From Eledone cirrhosa (lineage: Eukaryota): a stretch of DNA of 64,000 bases. The stretch is from the NCBI GenBank assembly GCA_964016885.1, contig OZ024740.1, positions 257,486,001-257,550,000 on the forward strand, read 5' to 3'. The notes under the pieces were generated by a model, which was given only the letters and a program-made list of their open reading frames with translations, did not search any database and was not told the DNA's origin. The position numbers and the translations under genes were made by a program. Shown in pieces: positions 29,983 through 45,514 of this stretch (its first letter is position 1; every line of letters starts with the position of its first letter).

Positions 29983-29986
<4 letters not shown>
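29768..29986. repeat. Palindromic element with ~63-bp arms
   Basis: 29768-29830 pairs with 29924-29986; internal hairpin tttcggagcata-ttc-tatgcttcgaaa. Confidence 0.85.
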
Positions 29987-32408
<2,422 letters not shown>

Positions 32409-32583
32409 ACCAAGTGCTTTCACTCCAAAAGGAATATATCGTAACGTGTGGAGAGTGAAAATGTAACTTATTGTTTCTTTAGTAAAATCGAAGTTTCGGC
32501 TGTAGCCAAGCTAACGAAATACAATCAAGAGTTATCCAGCCAAGGCACTTGATCGATGAGCTGTGCTCAGTGTAATAACATAT

Positions 32584-32730
<147 letters not shown>

Positions 32731-33639
32731 CGAATATTTACTTGTAACCCAACAATTTTAAATAAAACTGTTGCATATATATATATATATATATGCATTT
32801 TTCTATAATAATATTTTTTATGTAAGTATAAGGATCATTTAGATGGACTTGTCTATATTTCTATTATATTTTTGTATATTTTTTAATTAATACCCTTTAT
32901 ATTACATATATGTATATGTCTGGTCTCATACATATATACTCATATAAGTTCCAAAAATATCTACGGATAAATTTACATATGTTTTAAAATATATATGTCT
33001 GAAAATAGTCTTCACTGCTTTCATTTAATCCTCTTTTGCACTTAGATGAGATATAGACTAACGAAAATCTAAATATTTTCAAATCCTTTTAAGATAAATA
33101 ATTAAAGAACTGTCCTATATCTTTGATAACATATTATTTTAAATTTCCCTGCTATAAACAATTAATAGTCCTAACAGATTTTGATATGCCTAAAAAAATA
33201 GAACACTAATAAATGTAAAATGTTGCATGTCTGGTGGCATGGGCAGACTTATGCTTCACATTTAAACATTTAAATTTCAAGCTACATTACACCTTGCATT
33301 GTATGCATTGTATCCTCTATTATTCTCGATAACTTGTATTATGATATGAATCAATTTATTGTTATTTTCTGTTATATATAATCTCTGAAGAGATAAGGTT
33401 TGAGTAGAGCACATATAATGGTGTAAATAACTAACAGATAATATCCAGCTTTCCCCACAACTGGATGTGCTATTCTAGTCGAGTTGAAACGTCCGTTACG
33501 AAGTATAAATAAATAATTATAATATTATCCTTGAATTTCTTAAATTTTGAATATATATGTGTGTATGTATATATGGCAGGGGGTTATTTCAATGATTTTT
33601 CTGATTGATATCTTGTCGATTGTCTTAGCTTCCTAGAAT

Positions 33640-34270
33640 ATAGGTATACAATTCTGTGTAACACAATGTCAGCTCAGTGGAACCTATTATTGCAAAACTT
33701 ATTCTATTCCTTGATACCAGATGTAGACTATGCAAAGTTTGCCGGCACATCACAAAATTAAATTTTGCCTATCGACCGAGTCTATTGTGAGGATCACTCC
33801 GCCGCCTCTCTTTAGCCGGGAAGGTCAACCAATTTTCTTCTGTCTGGTGGCTGTAGCGAAAAAGGTTGAATGGTTGATGCGCTGAAAGGATTGAGGACAG
33901 ACACTTTCCTCTTCATCAATTTTTTTTCACGTTCTACTTGGAAAGGAGGCTGAAGGTAGTGAGAGAAGTGACACATTGTTAAAAGGTGGTTGAACTTAGC
34001 CTACTCTGAGCATGATGCTGGAGGCTGGCTAATGTGGAGAAGAGAAGGATACACTCCTATGGTGCTCTTGCAGAGGAGTGTGTTTTAGGATTTGTGGGGT
34101 TCCCATGTCACTCCTGCGTGGTATTACCCCTATTGGAAAATGTTCATTAATATGTATTTAGTTCTATATTTATTTGTTATAAAATTTTTACTCGATTTTA
34201 TTGTAACCCCAAAATGACGCTGTCTTTTGTATTGTCTCCTATATGTCTGCTCTTGTGGCCAATAAAGAAA
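33640..34270 (+). mobile_element. L1/Tx1-like LINE 3' fragment
   Basis: VAVAKKVEW..KGLRTDTF..INFF; 3' end cttgtggccaataaagaaat. Confidence 0.55.
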
Positions 34271-34426
34271 TAATTATAATTGTTATTATTATTAGTAGTA
34301 GTTTGCTGTTGTTTTTTATCTTCTTGATTGTTTCATGTGCACTCTTTATTTTAAGTTTTAAATATATTCAGTTTATAATTGATTACAAATAACTGACATA
34401 CATATGTATGTATGCATGTATGTATG

Positions 34427-34490
<64 letters not shown>

Positions 34491-34564
34491 CTTGTGTGTC
34501 TCTATCGCTCCCTCCACATCTCTCTGTGTACACACAGACATGTATCTATAAATATATCTCTATA

Positions 34565-34626
<62 letters not shown>

Positions 34627-35629
34627 AGAAACAATGAATATATTTCCTTTTTTATTGCAGATGCTCATCTTGCTGTTATTATAATTATTGTTGTTGATTT
34701 TATGGAGTTTTTACCCAGTTTATAACTTTCATAAATTCAAAGAAAATATGCCTTTCATTTTGGTTGTTTGGTGTTGTTGTTTGTTTTTTCTAATTAGCAG
34801 TATATTAGCAAATATTATGTCAGAAGGCTATGAAAACTAATTAACATGTTTAGTATATTCTTGATTTCAGCGAAATGATAAAGTAAAATATAAAACATAC
34901 TATTTAAATACATAAAAATATTTATTAGTTTCAATGTCTTCCGTAAAAAACTCCACAAATTCTTAAAATTTCTAAATATTGGTGGAAATTTTAAATACTT
35001 TCTTCAATTTCTCTTTTTATTTACATTTTAAAATAAATTTTGCTTCATATTTATATAAACCTTTAAGATCATTTTTTTTTTATTATTATATGTAAATATT
35101 TAATCAATTCCCTCTGCGGTCGACTTTGACATTTATCCTTCCGGGGCCGATAAAATAAGTCACGTATTGGCGTCGAAATAATCGACTACGCCCCTCTCCA
35201 CAAATATTTGCTTTTCTGTTAATGGTATAGATATTTATTGCATACAGGCTTCGGGTTCAAAATCCTGTTGTGCTCACTTCGCTTTCCATAATTCAGATAC
35301 AATCTAAGGTACATAAGGTTCAATTTAATAGAGCAACTGTTTGTGTCTACATACTAGGGTGAGAAATTATTATAATATATTTGACGAGCGTGGCTTCAGT
35401 TCAGTTACTAGAACCAGTAATAGTGTATAGGTAGAGTATAAAGTTTCCGTCACTTGATGACATGTATAACGGTAACATATTGCAAACATCGTGAAGCTTT
35501 ACAGATTATTACTAGACCTAGTACAGAGAACGTGAGAACTAGATTTCGTTGAAAGTTTAGAAAGTGTGTCTGAGAAGAATTCATGAGATTGGGAATATTG
35601 GGCTATATATATATATATAAATTATGGTT

Positions 35630-35810
35630 TCTTATATAGGCACAAGGCCAGCAATTTGAGGGGAGAGGAAAGTCGATTAAATCGAACCCAGTACGTTACT
35701 GGTGCTTTATTTATCGACCCATTAAGGATAAAAGAAAGTTCCGACAAAGGACCGAAACTCTATGCTGCAAAGCATGGCATCCAACCCTCTTCAGATACTG
35801 CCATCCAAAT
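35630..35810 (-). mobile_element. Degenerate SINE (another remnant at ~35110-35240, plus strand)
   Basis: ggcacaaggccagcaattt...ctggtgctttatttatcgaccc...gatactgcca. Confidence 0.7.
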
Positions 35811-36486
35811 AATATTAATGAGAGTAAATATACTAATTTACTTTGTATTTTTGAGCTCAATGCAATGACGATGCTGCAGAGCTGTTATACATTTATTAAT
35901 TGACAATTGTTTCTACCATGGTAACTCTACCTTTAACGAATTATTTTATTTAACAATTCACCATTAGTGAGTATAGATCGTGAGTGTCATCAGACGTTAT
36001 TTTAAATACCGATATAAGTCACTCAAGAGAATAATTAGAACAGATAATATACAAATCACTTATCAAAATATCACAAAAAAAGTTTGCAGTTATGAATACT
36101 ATGTTAAAATATTGTAGTCTGAAAGAAATATATTGTATTTTTGTTTGTGTTTAGAGTTCACGATACAATTTTGCAGTTAAGAATTCATTCCAAAATGTAG
36201 TAGGTCGAAAGGAATATATTGTTATTTGTGTTTTAAAAAATGGTATCATTATTATTAACAACTTTTCTAAAATGAACTTGTATATATAGAGTTTCAGTAT
36301 AACAATATTCATATTTATCTGAAGTAGTCATGTATTAACATGATTTAAATATATATATGTATATTTATTTACTACGGAACTATGTTACGAAATATGAAAA
36401 ATGAATATAAACGCAGTGAATGTATGTATGTATGTATGTATGCATGTATGTATATATATGTGGGTGTATTATGTATACATATATAT

Positions 36487-36539
<53 letters not shown>

Positions 36540-37040
36540 TAAACAAATAATGAACAAACAATTCCTTATATTAAACAAAAAAAGTTCACTATTTAACGAT
36601 CGTTTCTAGGGTATATATGTGTTATAATTGGTATGCATATTTAACAGATCTATGTACAAAATTATATAAAATTATACAAATTATCAAGATTAAATATACA
36701 TACCTAACTCATATATACGCCGTCTTCAGAAATAATGAAGTATATTTATTGATAATAACAACAATTCAAAATATCAGTTCAAAATTGACCAATGAAAACA
36801 CAAAGGGTTAAAAAGCAGTTTGGTGTGTGTATATACATGTAAAAACCTTACACATATTTTACAATAATGTGTGTATAATTTGTATGTGCATACTAAAAAG
36901 ATGGATGCAAATATAAAATTTCAAGGTTAATATCTCTGTAAGCTTAATGCGCTGATAAGATACGCAATGATACTTATGGAGTCAAGCATATAAATATATT
37001 TTTTTCATACTCACACATATCAGTATAATCACACATACAT

Positions 37041-39083
37041 GTGCGTATATGTATAAATATACACATAACCACGAACACACAAACACACATACTCAACAAC
37101 AAAACACACAACATAGTAAAAAAACTAAATATTGAAGATAGAACTGAACCTTTGGCATTGAGAAGTCCACACTTCAACCTGAAAGATCACAAATCTAACT
37201 TTAACTCTAATCCTTCTATTAGACTTATATGTCCCTCCAAATCAGATATTGGAATAATTAGCAAAAAAATTTTAGATAGAGTCATCCCACAAATAAGAAA
37301 ATACGTTATTTTACCACTCTGGGAAAACACCTCCCAGGTAATTAATTGGTTTAAAAATATTAGGTGTAAATCTTCTGCTTCTTTCCTACAGTTTGATATA
37401 GATAATTACTATTCTTCTATATCACCCATACTCCTGAACAAAGCATTAATATTTGCTAAAAATAGATCTAATTTAACTTCGGATGACATTAACATTATTA
37501 CACATGCTAGACAAACACTTATTGAATTTCAGAATGAATACTGGACCAGAAACACTTATAGTAATCTTTTTGATATTACTATGGGTTCAAGCGATTCTGC
37601 CCAAATTACTGATCTTGTGGGCCTCTTTCTCCTTTTCAACATAAATGCCTCTTTTCCCCACCTCAAAGGTGGTTTATATCGTGATGACTGTCTTCTTCTT
37701 TCTAACAACCTTAGCCTTTCAGAAATCGAAAAAAACAAAAAGCATATTAGAACTTTCCTTAAAGACTATTATAATCTTAATATTACTTTTGAAAAAACAA
37801 GTAAAGTAGTAAATTTCCTAGATATAACTTTAGATTTAGCTACGGGTATATACCAACCTTACCATAAACCTAACCAAAACTTACATTACATACACTCACA
37901 ATCTAATCACCCTAAATCTATCCTTAAAAACCTTGCATATAATATATCACTTAGAATTTCTAACCTTTCTTCTAACCAAGATGTATTTGATAAAAATGCG
38001 ACCTTTTATAATGAAGCTCTAGATAGAAGTGGCCACAAAAATAGATTAGAGTATATACCTTCTACTAAAAATACTGAAAGCATACAGCATAATATTACCA
38101 ACAAACACCAAATGAAAAGTACACACCTAAATGCCACCCACAGTATACCCCAAAATACTAAATCTTCTAATATAAAGTATAGTAACCCTCAAAAAAATAC
38201 TCATCATACGACTATAATAAATATTAATAATAAAACTCCTAATAAAAAAGATAAAACACCTAAATCTACAAATATAACTAAAAATAGTTGTGGTGAGATC
38301 ATTAACATTATTCCTCCTAGTAAAAATCATAATACAACATATAAAAATAATAAAAATAATAAACAACATAGAAACCGTAATAGACGAGTTACTTGGTATA
38401 ATGCTCCTTTTAATTTACAAGTTAAGGATAATATTGCTAAAAAATTTTTTTATATCCTTGAGAAAAACTTCCCGCCAAACCACAAATACCATCAAATCTT
38501 AAATAGGTCTACAGTTAAATTCTCATACTCTACAACAAATAACATAAAACAAAATATAAGTGCATATAATGCATATAAATGTAAGAAAACCATAAGTATA
38601 CCACCAGTACATCAAATTAACAATAATATCTCCTCAAATACAGAATTAACGAAAGGATGTAACTGTAGAAACAAAACAAACTGCCCATTAAAAGGGAATT
38701 GTCTTGTTAACAACATAGTCTATAAATGTAATGTTAAAACTAAAGATTCTATTTGCTCATATATAGGAGCTACCTCTAACAATTTTAAGACAAGGTATAA
38801 TACCCACAAACATAGCTTTAAAAATGCCGCACTGGCTAATACAACATCTCTAGCAGAAAAAATCAATAGTTATAAAAATAAAAATATAAAATATGATTTG
38901 ACCTGGAGTGTGCTCAAAAGAGCCACCCCTTATCAAAATAATAGAAAGGAATGTAGATTATGTTCCCAAGAACTATTTGAAATAATGAAGTCTAGGGATA
39001 TCTTATTAAATAAAAGACAGGAATTAATTATATCGTGTAATCATAAACTAAAAAAAACATTTAAATATTATAAACCTAATTAA
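37041..39083 (+). CDS. PLE reverse transcriptase + GIY-YIG endonuclease; open frame, native N-terminus missing
   Basis: LKDHK, QFDIDNYYSSI, MGSSDSAQITDLVG, GGLYRDD, VNFLDITL, SNHP, CNC..CPL..CL, IVYKC..YIG, CRLC..E, LLNKRQE..CNH; first ~18 aa come from the inverted pLTR. Confidence 0.93.
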   Translation: MRICINIHITTNTQTHILNNKTHNIVKKLNIEDRTEPLALRSPHFNLKDHKSNFNSNPSIRLICPSKSDIGIISKKILDRVIPQIRKYVILPLWENTSQVINWFKNIRCKSSASFLQFDIDNYYSSISPILLNKALIFAKNRSNLTSDDINIITHARQTLIEFQNEYWTRNTYSNLFDITMGSSDSAQITDLVGLFLLFNINASFPHLKGGLYRDDCLLLSNNLSLSEIEKNKKHIRTFLKDYYNLNITFEKTSKVVNFLDITLDLATGIYQPYHKPNQNLHYIHSQSNHPKSILKNLAYNISLRISNLSSNQDVFDKNATFYNEALDRSGHKNRLEYIPSTKNTESIQHNITNKHQMKSTHLNATHSIPQNTKSSNIKYSNPQKNTHHTTIININNKTPNKKDKTPKSTNITKNSCGEIINIIPPSKNHNTTYKNNKNNKQHRNRNRRVTWYNAPFNLQVKDNIAKKFFYILEKNFPPNHKYHQILNRSTVKFSYSTTNNIKQNISAYNAYKCKKTISIPPVHQINNNISSNTELTKGCNCRNKTNCPLKGNCLVNNIVYKCNVKTKDSICSYIGATSNNFKTRYNTHKHSFKNAALANTTSLAEKINSYKNKNIKYDLTWSVLKRATPYQNNRKECRLCSQELFEIMKSRDILLNKRQELIISCNHKLKKTFKYYKPN

Positions 39084-39589
39084 TAACATTATTCTAGAAT
39101 TTAATTTAATTTAAATGTTAGTTAACCTATAAATTTAATTTAATTAATATTTTATTACAGATGAGAAAATATTATGTAATCATAAATTTTGAAAAACCTT
39201 TAAATATTACTAATATATATTCAGTAATTTAATTTATAGATTAATTTTAACTTATTTTAACCTTTTATTATAATTTTTTAATTTAGTTTAACCTTTTATT
39301 ATAATTTTTTTTATTATATTTCTTTTACAGATAAAATATAACAAAATAATATCATGTATCCTATGACGGAGAAAGAATTTTTAGTATTATAGACCTAATT
39401 AATATATATTTTGGAAATATATTTATTATTTGGTTTTAGTTTTAATCAACCTAAAACTTTAATTTTAATTTGCTTAAAATTAGTATCCTTGTACAGACGA
39501 ATTGCAGAATGTCATGTAATCATAGAATGGGAGGTGTTTTGGATATATACCTAGTTAATATATTCTGTGCAATTTTTTGAAAAAGATAT

Positions 39590-41079
39590 GTATATCTATA
39601 TGTATATGTATATGTGTGTGTTGTATGTGTATCTGTATGTATATTTATGTGACTATATATGTATGTATGTGTATATATATGTATATATATATATATATGT
39701 GTGTATGTATATGTATGTATATGTGTATGTGTATGTATATGTATATGTATGCGTATTAATTTTGATTTTTTTTTTTGCATATAATTATATTATGCTATTG
39801 ATGAAATACAATATCTGCTTTATGTATTGTATACCTAATTAACATATACTAATTAACGTATACTATTGAAATAAATATATAATTTTTAATTTAGTTAACA
39901 TATAATTTATATGCTACTACCGATGTAATACTTTATTTTATTTTTATTTGGGTTTCTTTTCCCTATTACTAAATTCATCTCCTAATATTGATACCATAAC
40001 GTTATTAACTTTAATTTGGTTATAATGTAATTAATAATCTACTACTGTTTGACTTCATAATTCTGCTTCAAATATTATAAACCTAACTAATTTACACCTT
40101 GGAAATCAATATGTTGACTATCTTTGGTTTAGTTAACATATGATTAATGGTATACTTTTTTATTTTGTGATGCATAGATTTCGTATTTCCTAGCACTGAA
40201 AATATGTAAGAACATACATTGAATTAAGATATGGAAAATATTATATGTTTCTTGAAACATATATTTACTTTGATCCCCTTCTCCAAACCCCCCCTTTCCC
40301 CCATACTATTATCATCTGTTTTTGTAAGCGTATATGTATGAATATATGTGTTATGGGTGTCTATATAGGTTTTGGTATTTATTTCTAAATATAAAAATAC
40401 ATATATGAGCATGTAAATATGAATGTAAGATTGAGTGTGTATATATGATTGTACATACATATGTATGTATATATATGTATATATATGTATTATATATGTA
40501 TGTGTATGTGAATGTGTGGTATGTATATGTGTATGTATATGTATATATGTGTGTGTATGTATATGCTTGTATATAGGAATATATATATGTGTATATATGT
40601 ATATATATGTATATGCGTGTTTGTATGTATGTGTATATGGGTTCTGTATATATTTGTATGTCTCTCTATTTATATGTTTATCTTCGTATCTATGTGATAT
40701 ATGTGTGTGTGTGTGCACGTATGCATATGTATGTGTTTGTGTGTGTTTGTATGTGTGTGTGTATATATATATATGTATTTGCGCATACTCACATACACAT
40801 ATATATATATATATATATATATGTGAGTGTATGTGTGTGTCTGTGTGTGTGTGTGTGTGTGTATGTGTATATATATAAATGTGTATATATGTGTATGTGT
40901 GTGTGTATAAATATATATATGTATATATATATATATATAAGTGTATATAGGTGTCTATATGTGAATATATGTCTTTATTCGTATGTGTGTATTTATATAT
41001 GTATATATTTAGGTGTATGTATGTATGTGTATGTATGTATGTGTATGTATATATATGTATGTATATGTGTATATGTGTG

Positions 41080-41111
<32 letters not shown>

Positions 41112-41476
41112 TTATTCTTTATTATTATTGTAATATAACTTATGTGTATATGTGTATAAGTGAGGTTGTGTATGTATATATACTATGTGTATATATAAGA
41201 GTAATGAAATATATATATATATATATATATATATGTGCATGTCTGTATTTTATGTGTGTGTGTATATATATATGTGTATGTGTGTATATATGTATGTATA
41301 TATACGTATATGTGTACGTGTGTGTATGTTGATATATGTATATATATATATATATTTATATATACATCTGGGTGTTTGTATGTGTTTTTATGGTGGTATG
41401 AGTGTGGGGATATATATGTTTGTATATGTGTATGTATATGTATGTATATATATATGAGTCTATGTGTGTGTATATA

Positions 41477-41521
<45 letters not shown>

Positions 41522-41710
41522 ATGTGTGTATGTGTTGCGCGTGTGCGTGTGTGTATTTATATCCTTTTATATGTGTATGTGTATGTTCGTGTAAATGTAT
41601 GTGTGTGTATGACAGTATAGGTATGTGTGTATGTATGTATGTGTAGATATCTCTATGTGCGCGTACATGTATGTATGTGTATGTATATCTGTATGCGTAT
41701 GTACATTATA
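39590..41710. repeat. (TA)/(TG)-rich microsatellite tracts within the PLE B 3' UTR
   Basis: Lie between the ORF stop and the pLTR. Confidence 0.9.
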
Positions 41711-42293
41711 TTATATGTATTATATTTTATTGTTTTTATTTTTTTATTTTTCTTAATTTATAGATACATTTATATTAGGCTGTCTGGTCTGACAATCTAA
41801 TACTGACCCCTCCCCCCCCCCTCCCACCTAATTTCTGTATCTTGATCTTGAAATGTGTGTACCAGTGTTTTTATGTGAGTGACTTAATTTCTATTTGCTT
41901 ATGATTTTATATCCACATATATAAATGTGAGTGGGGGAGTATGTGTGTTTGTGTGTTCGTGGTTATGTGTATATTTATACATATACGCACATGTATGTGT
42001 GATTATACTGATATGTGTGAGTATGAAAAAAATATATTTATATGCTTGACTCCATAAGTATCATTGCGTATCTTATCAGCGCATTAAGCTTACAGAGATA
42101 TTAACCTTGAAATTTTATATTTGCATCCATCTTTTTAGTATGCACATACAAATTATACACACATTATTGTAAAATATGTGTAAGGTTTTTACATGTATAT
42201 ACACACACCAAACTGCTTTTTAACCCTTTGTGTTTTCATTGGTCAATTTTGAACTGATATTTTGAATTGTTGTTATTATCAATAAATATACTT

Positions 42294-42444
42294 CATTATT
42301 TCTGAAGACGGCGTATATATGAGTTAGGTATGTATATTTAATCTTGATAATTTGTATAATTTTATATAATTTTGTACATAGATCTGTTAAATATGCATAC
42401 CAATTATAACACATATATACCCTAGAAACGATCGTTAAATAGTG
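42294..42444 (+). ncRNA. Type-I hammerhead with ~115-nt stem II/loop 2 (family B)
   Basis: cattattt CTGAAGA cggcgtatatatg...catatataccc-ta GAAA cgatcg TT aaatagtg; inverted copy at 36587-36737. Confidence 0.75.
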
Positions 42445-42631
42445 AACTTTTTTTGTTTAATATAAGGAATTGTTTGTTCATTATTTGTTTAATATTTTAT
42501 CTTGACTCTGTATACCGTTTATCTTTCACCGAAATTGGATTTTCATTACATCTCTTCTTTCCATGATATCCGGAATACATTGAGTTCTTCATACGGATTG
42601 GACACTACCGTAAACTCTTGGTAGATTTATC

Positions 42632-42683
<52 letters not shown>

Positions 42684-42725
42684 TTAAAACAATGAAATAA
42701 AAAATCAAGTCATTAGAGATATACT

Positions 42726-42865
42726 TCACTGCTTTACGATCGTTTCTAGATGGTAGTAATACATTGTATCTATACTCAGTTATTGATCTATGTAAGTTTA
42801 CAAACTATCAGATAGAGAGAATATTTACTTACATGCATATCACCAGCTGTTTTCAAAAGCAATAA
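42726..42865 (-). ncRNA. Type-I hammerhead with U3-A8 core and ~100-nt stem II (family D)
   Basis: ttattgctt TTGAAAA cagctggtgatatgcat...atgtattactaccatcta GAAA cgatcg TA aagcagtga; copies at 48393-48532 (-) and 51442-51578 (+). Confidence 0.7.
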
Positions 42866-43581
42866 TAATTTTATTCAATAATAATTTTACTCAGAATTAG
42901 TATCATGTCCATATTTGGAGGTAGTTGAAGAACTAAGGAATCAAATTGTTTTTTTCATATGGTGTTAAGATGAAAAAGTAATACACTTTAGTTGAGGTCA
43001 TGACCCTTTGAAAGGAATGTTTGAAAGGTTTTAGTAGAAATGGCATAAAAATCTATTAGGAAGGAAGGAGATTGTCAAACTGATAGTTGAATGTATATTG
43101 TATAGTGAATTGAAAAGGAATGTCAAAATAAATGATGATTAGTGTTGTATTGAGTTTTAAGGTGAATATAAATTAATGTTATGGCTAGGAAAGATAGTAT
43201 AGTAAAATATGAAAATTATAATAAGATAATGTGATATAGTAATGCGATAATATACAACTTAACCAACAGAATGTAGTAAATTGCACTCAGTATAATATAA
43301 CATATTATACGCTCTAAAATATTACTAAGTATGTTTATGCATAAACAATCAAACTCAGATAAGTACATGTTGGCATAGTAAAAAAACATACATTTCATAG
43401 TCTACAAAGTGCATATAGAGAGAGGTACAGTTATATTGATATCTAACCAAAATATACATACGTGCAAATAGATGCAAACCTAAATACACATTCGCACGCA
43501 TGCATATAATCATATCCATACATATCTATATCCACACATACACATCTATACCCCCATATATACATATACATTTACACATAC

Positions 43582-43618
<37 letters not shown>

Positions 43619-43738
43619 TATTGTTTCAAAACTTACTTGATATATATATATATACACACACAGACACACATACATACATATATACATGTACATACATATA
43701 GACACATACATACATACATACATACATACATACATACA

Positions 43739-43772
<34 letters not shown>

Positions 43773-43987
43773 CCTACACATATATCACATATACACATAT
43801 ATATATATATACATATATACAGTATATACATATACATATATATATATACACATACAACACACACACACACATACACATATATATACACACTTCTGTGAGC
43901 ATATGTACACTCCTCTTACATGCGCACATACTCATATATAAACATTCATACACCTATACTCACATATACACACACACAAAAACATAT

Positions 43988-44022
<35 letters not shown>

Positions 44023-44144
44023 CATACACACACACACATACAAATATATATATACATATATATACACACCCATATATATATATATATGACTTGATTTTTT
44101 TATTTCATTCTTTTAACTTATATATATATGTGTGTATATATAGG

Positions 44145-45086
<942 letters not shown>

Positions 45087-45192
45087 ATATATACACATTT
45101 ATATATATATACCTATATATACACATATACATACATATACATATACATTCATACACACATACATACACAAGCATATACATATATACACATAT

Positions 45193-45267
<75 letters not shown>

Positions 45268-45514
45268 AATATATAAACACATAAATATATTTCCATATCA
45301 TACATAGATGTTTATTTTTACTCATGCAATTACGGGTGGCAGTGTATCTTGTTACATTTAGTCATTAACGCATAAATCTAAGGAAACTAAAACATTTAAA
45401 GCCAAAAATAAGCATGAAAGCATATAATTAGGGGAAAGAGGTACTAATAAATATTATTATATACGGAATTATAGTAAAGTTTCTATTTAGAATATTTAAT
45501 TAGGTTTACAGTAT

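Larger units (their letters stand above)
36531..42634 (+). mobile_element. Young Naiad-type PLE (family B), 5'-truncated, with 564-bp inverted pLTR
   Basis: 36531-37094 is the reverse complement of 41937-42500; ORFs 36617-36811 and 42220-42414 are identical. Confidence 0.95.

Noticed and set aside
36531-42500. Long inverted termini interpreted as DNA-transposon TIRs
   Set aside because: The enclosed ORF is RT + GIY-YIG, the inner boundary truncates the ORF, and the arms carry HHRs, so they are inverted pLTRs
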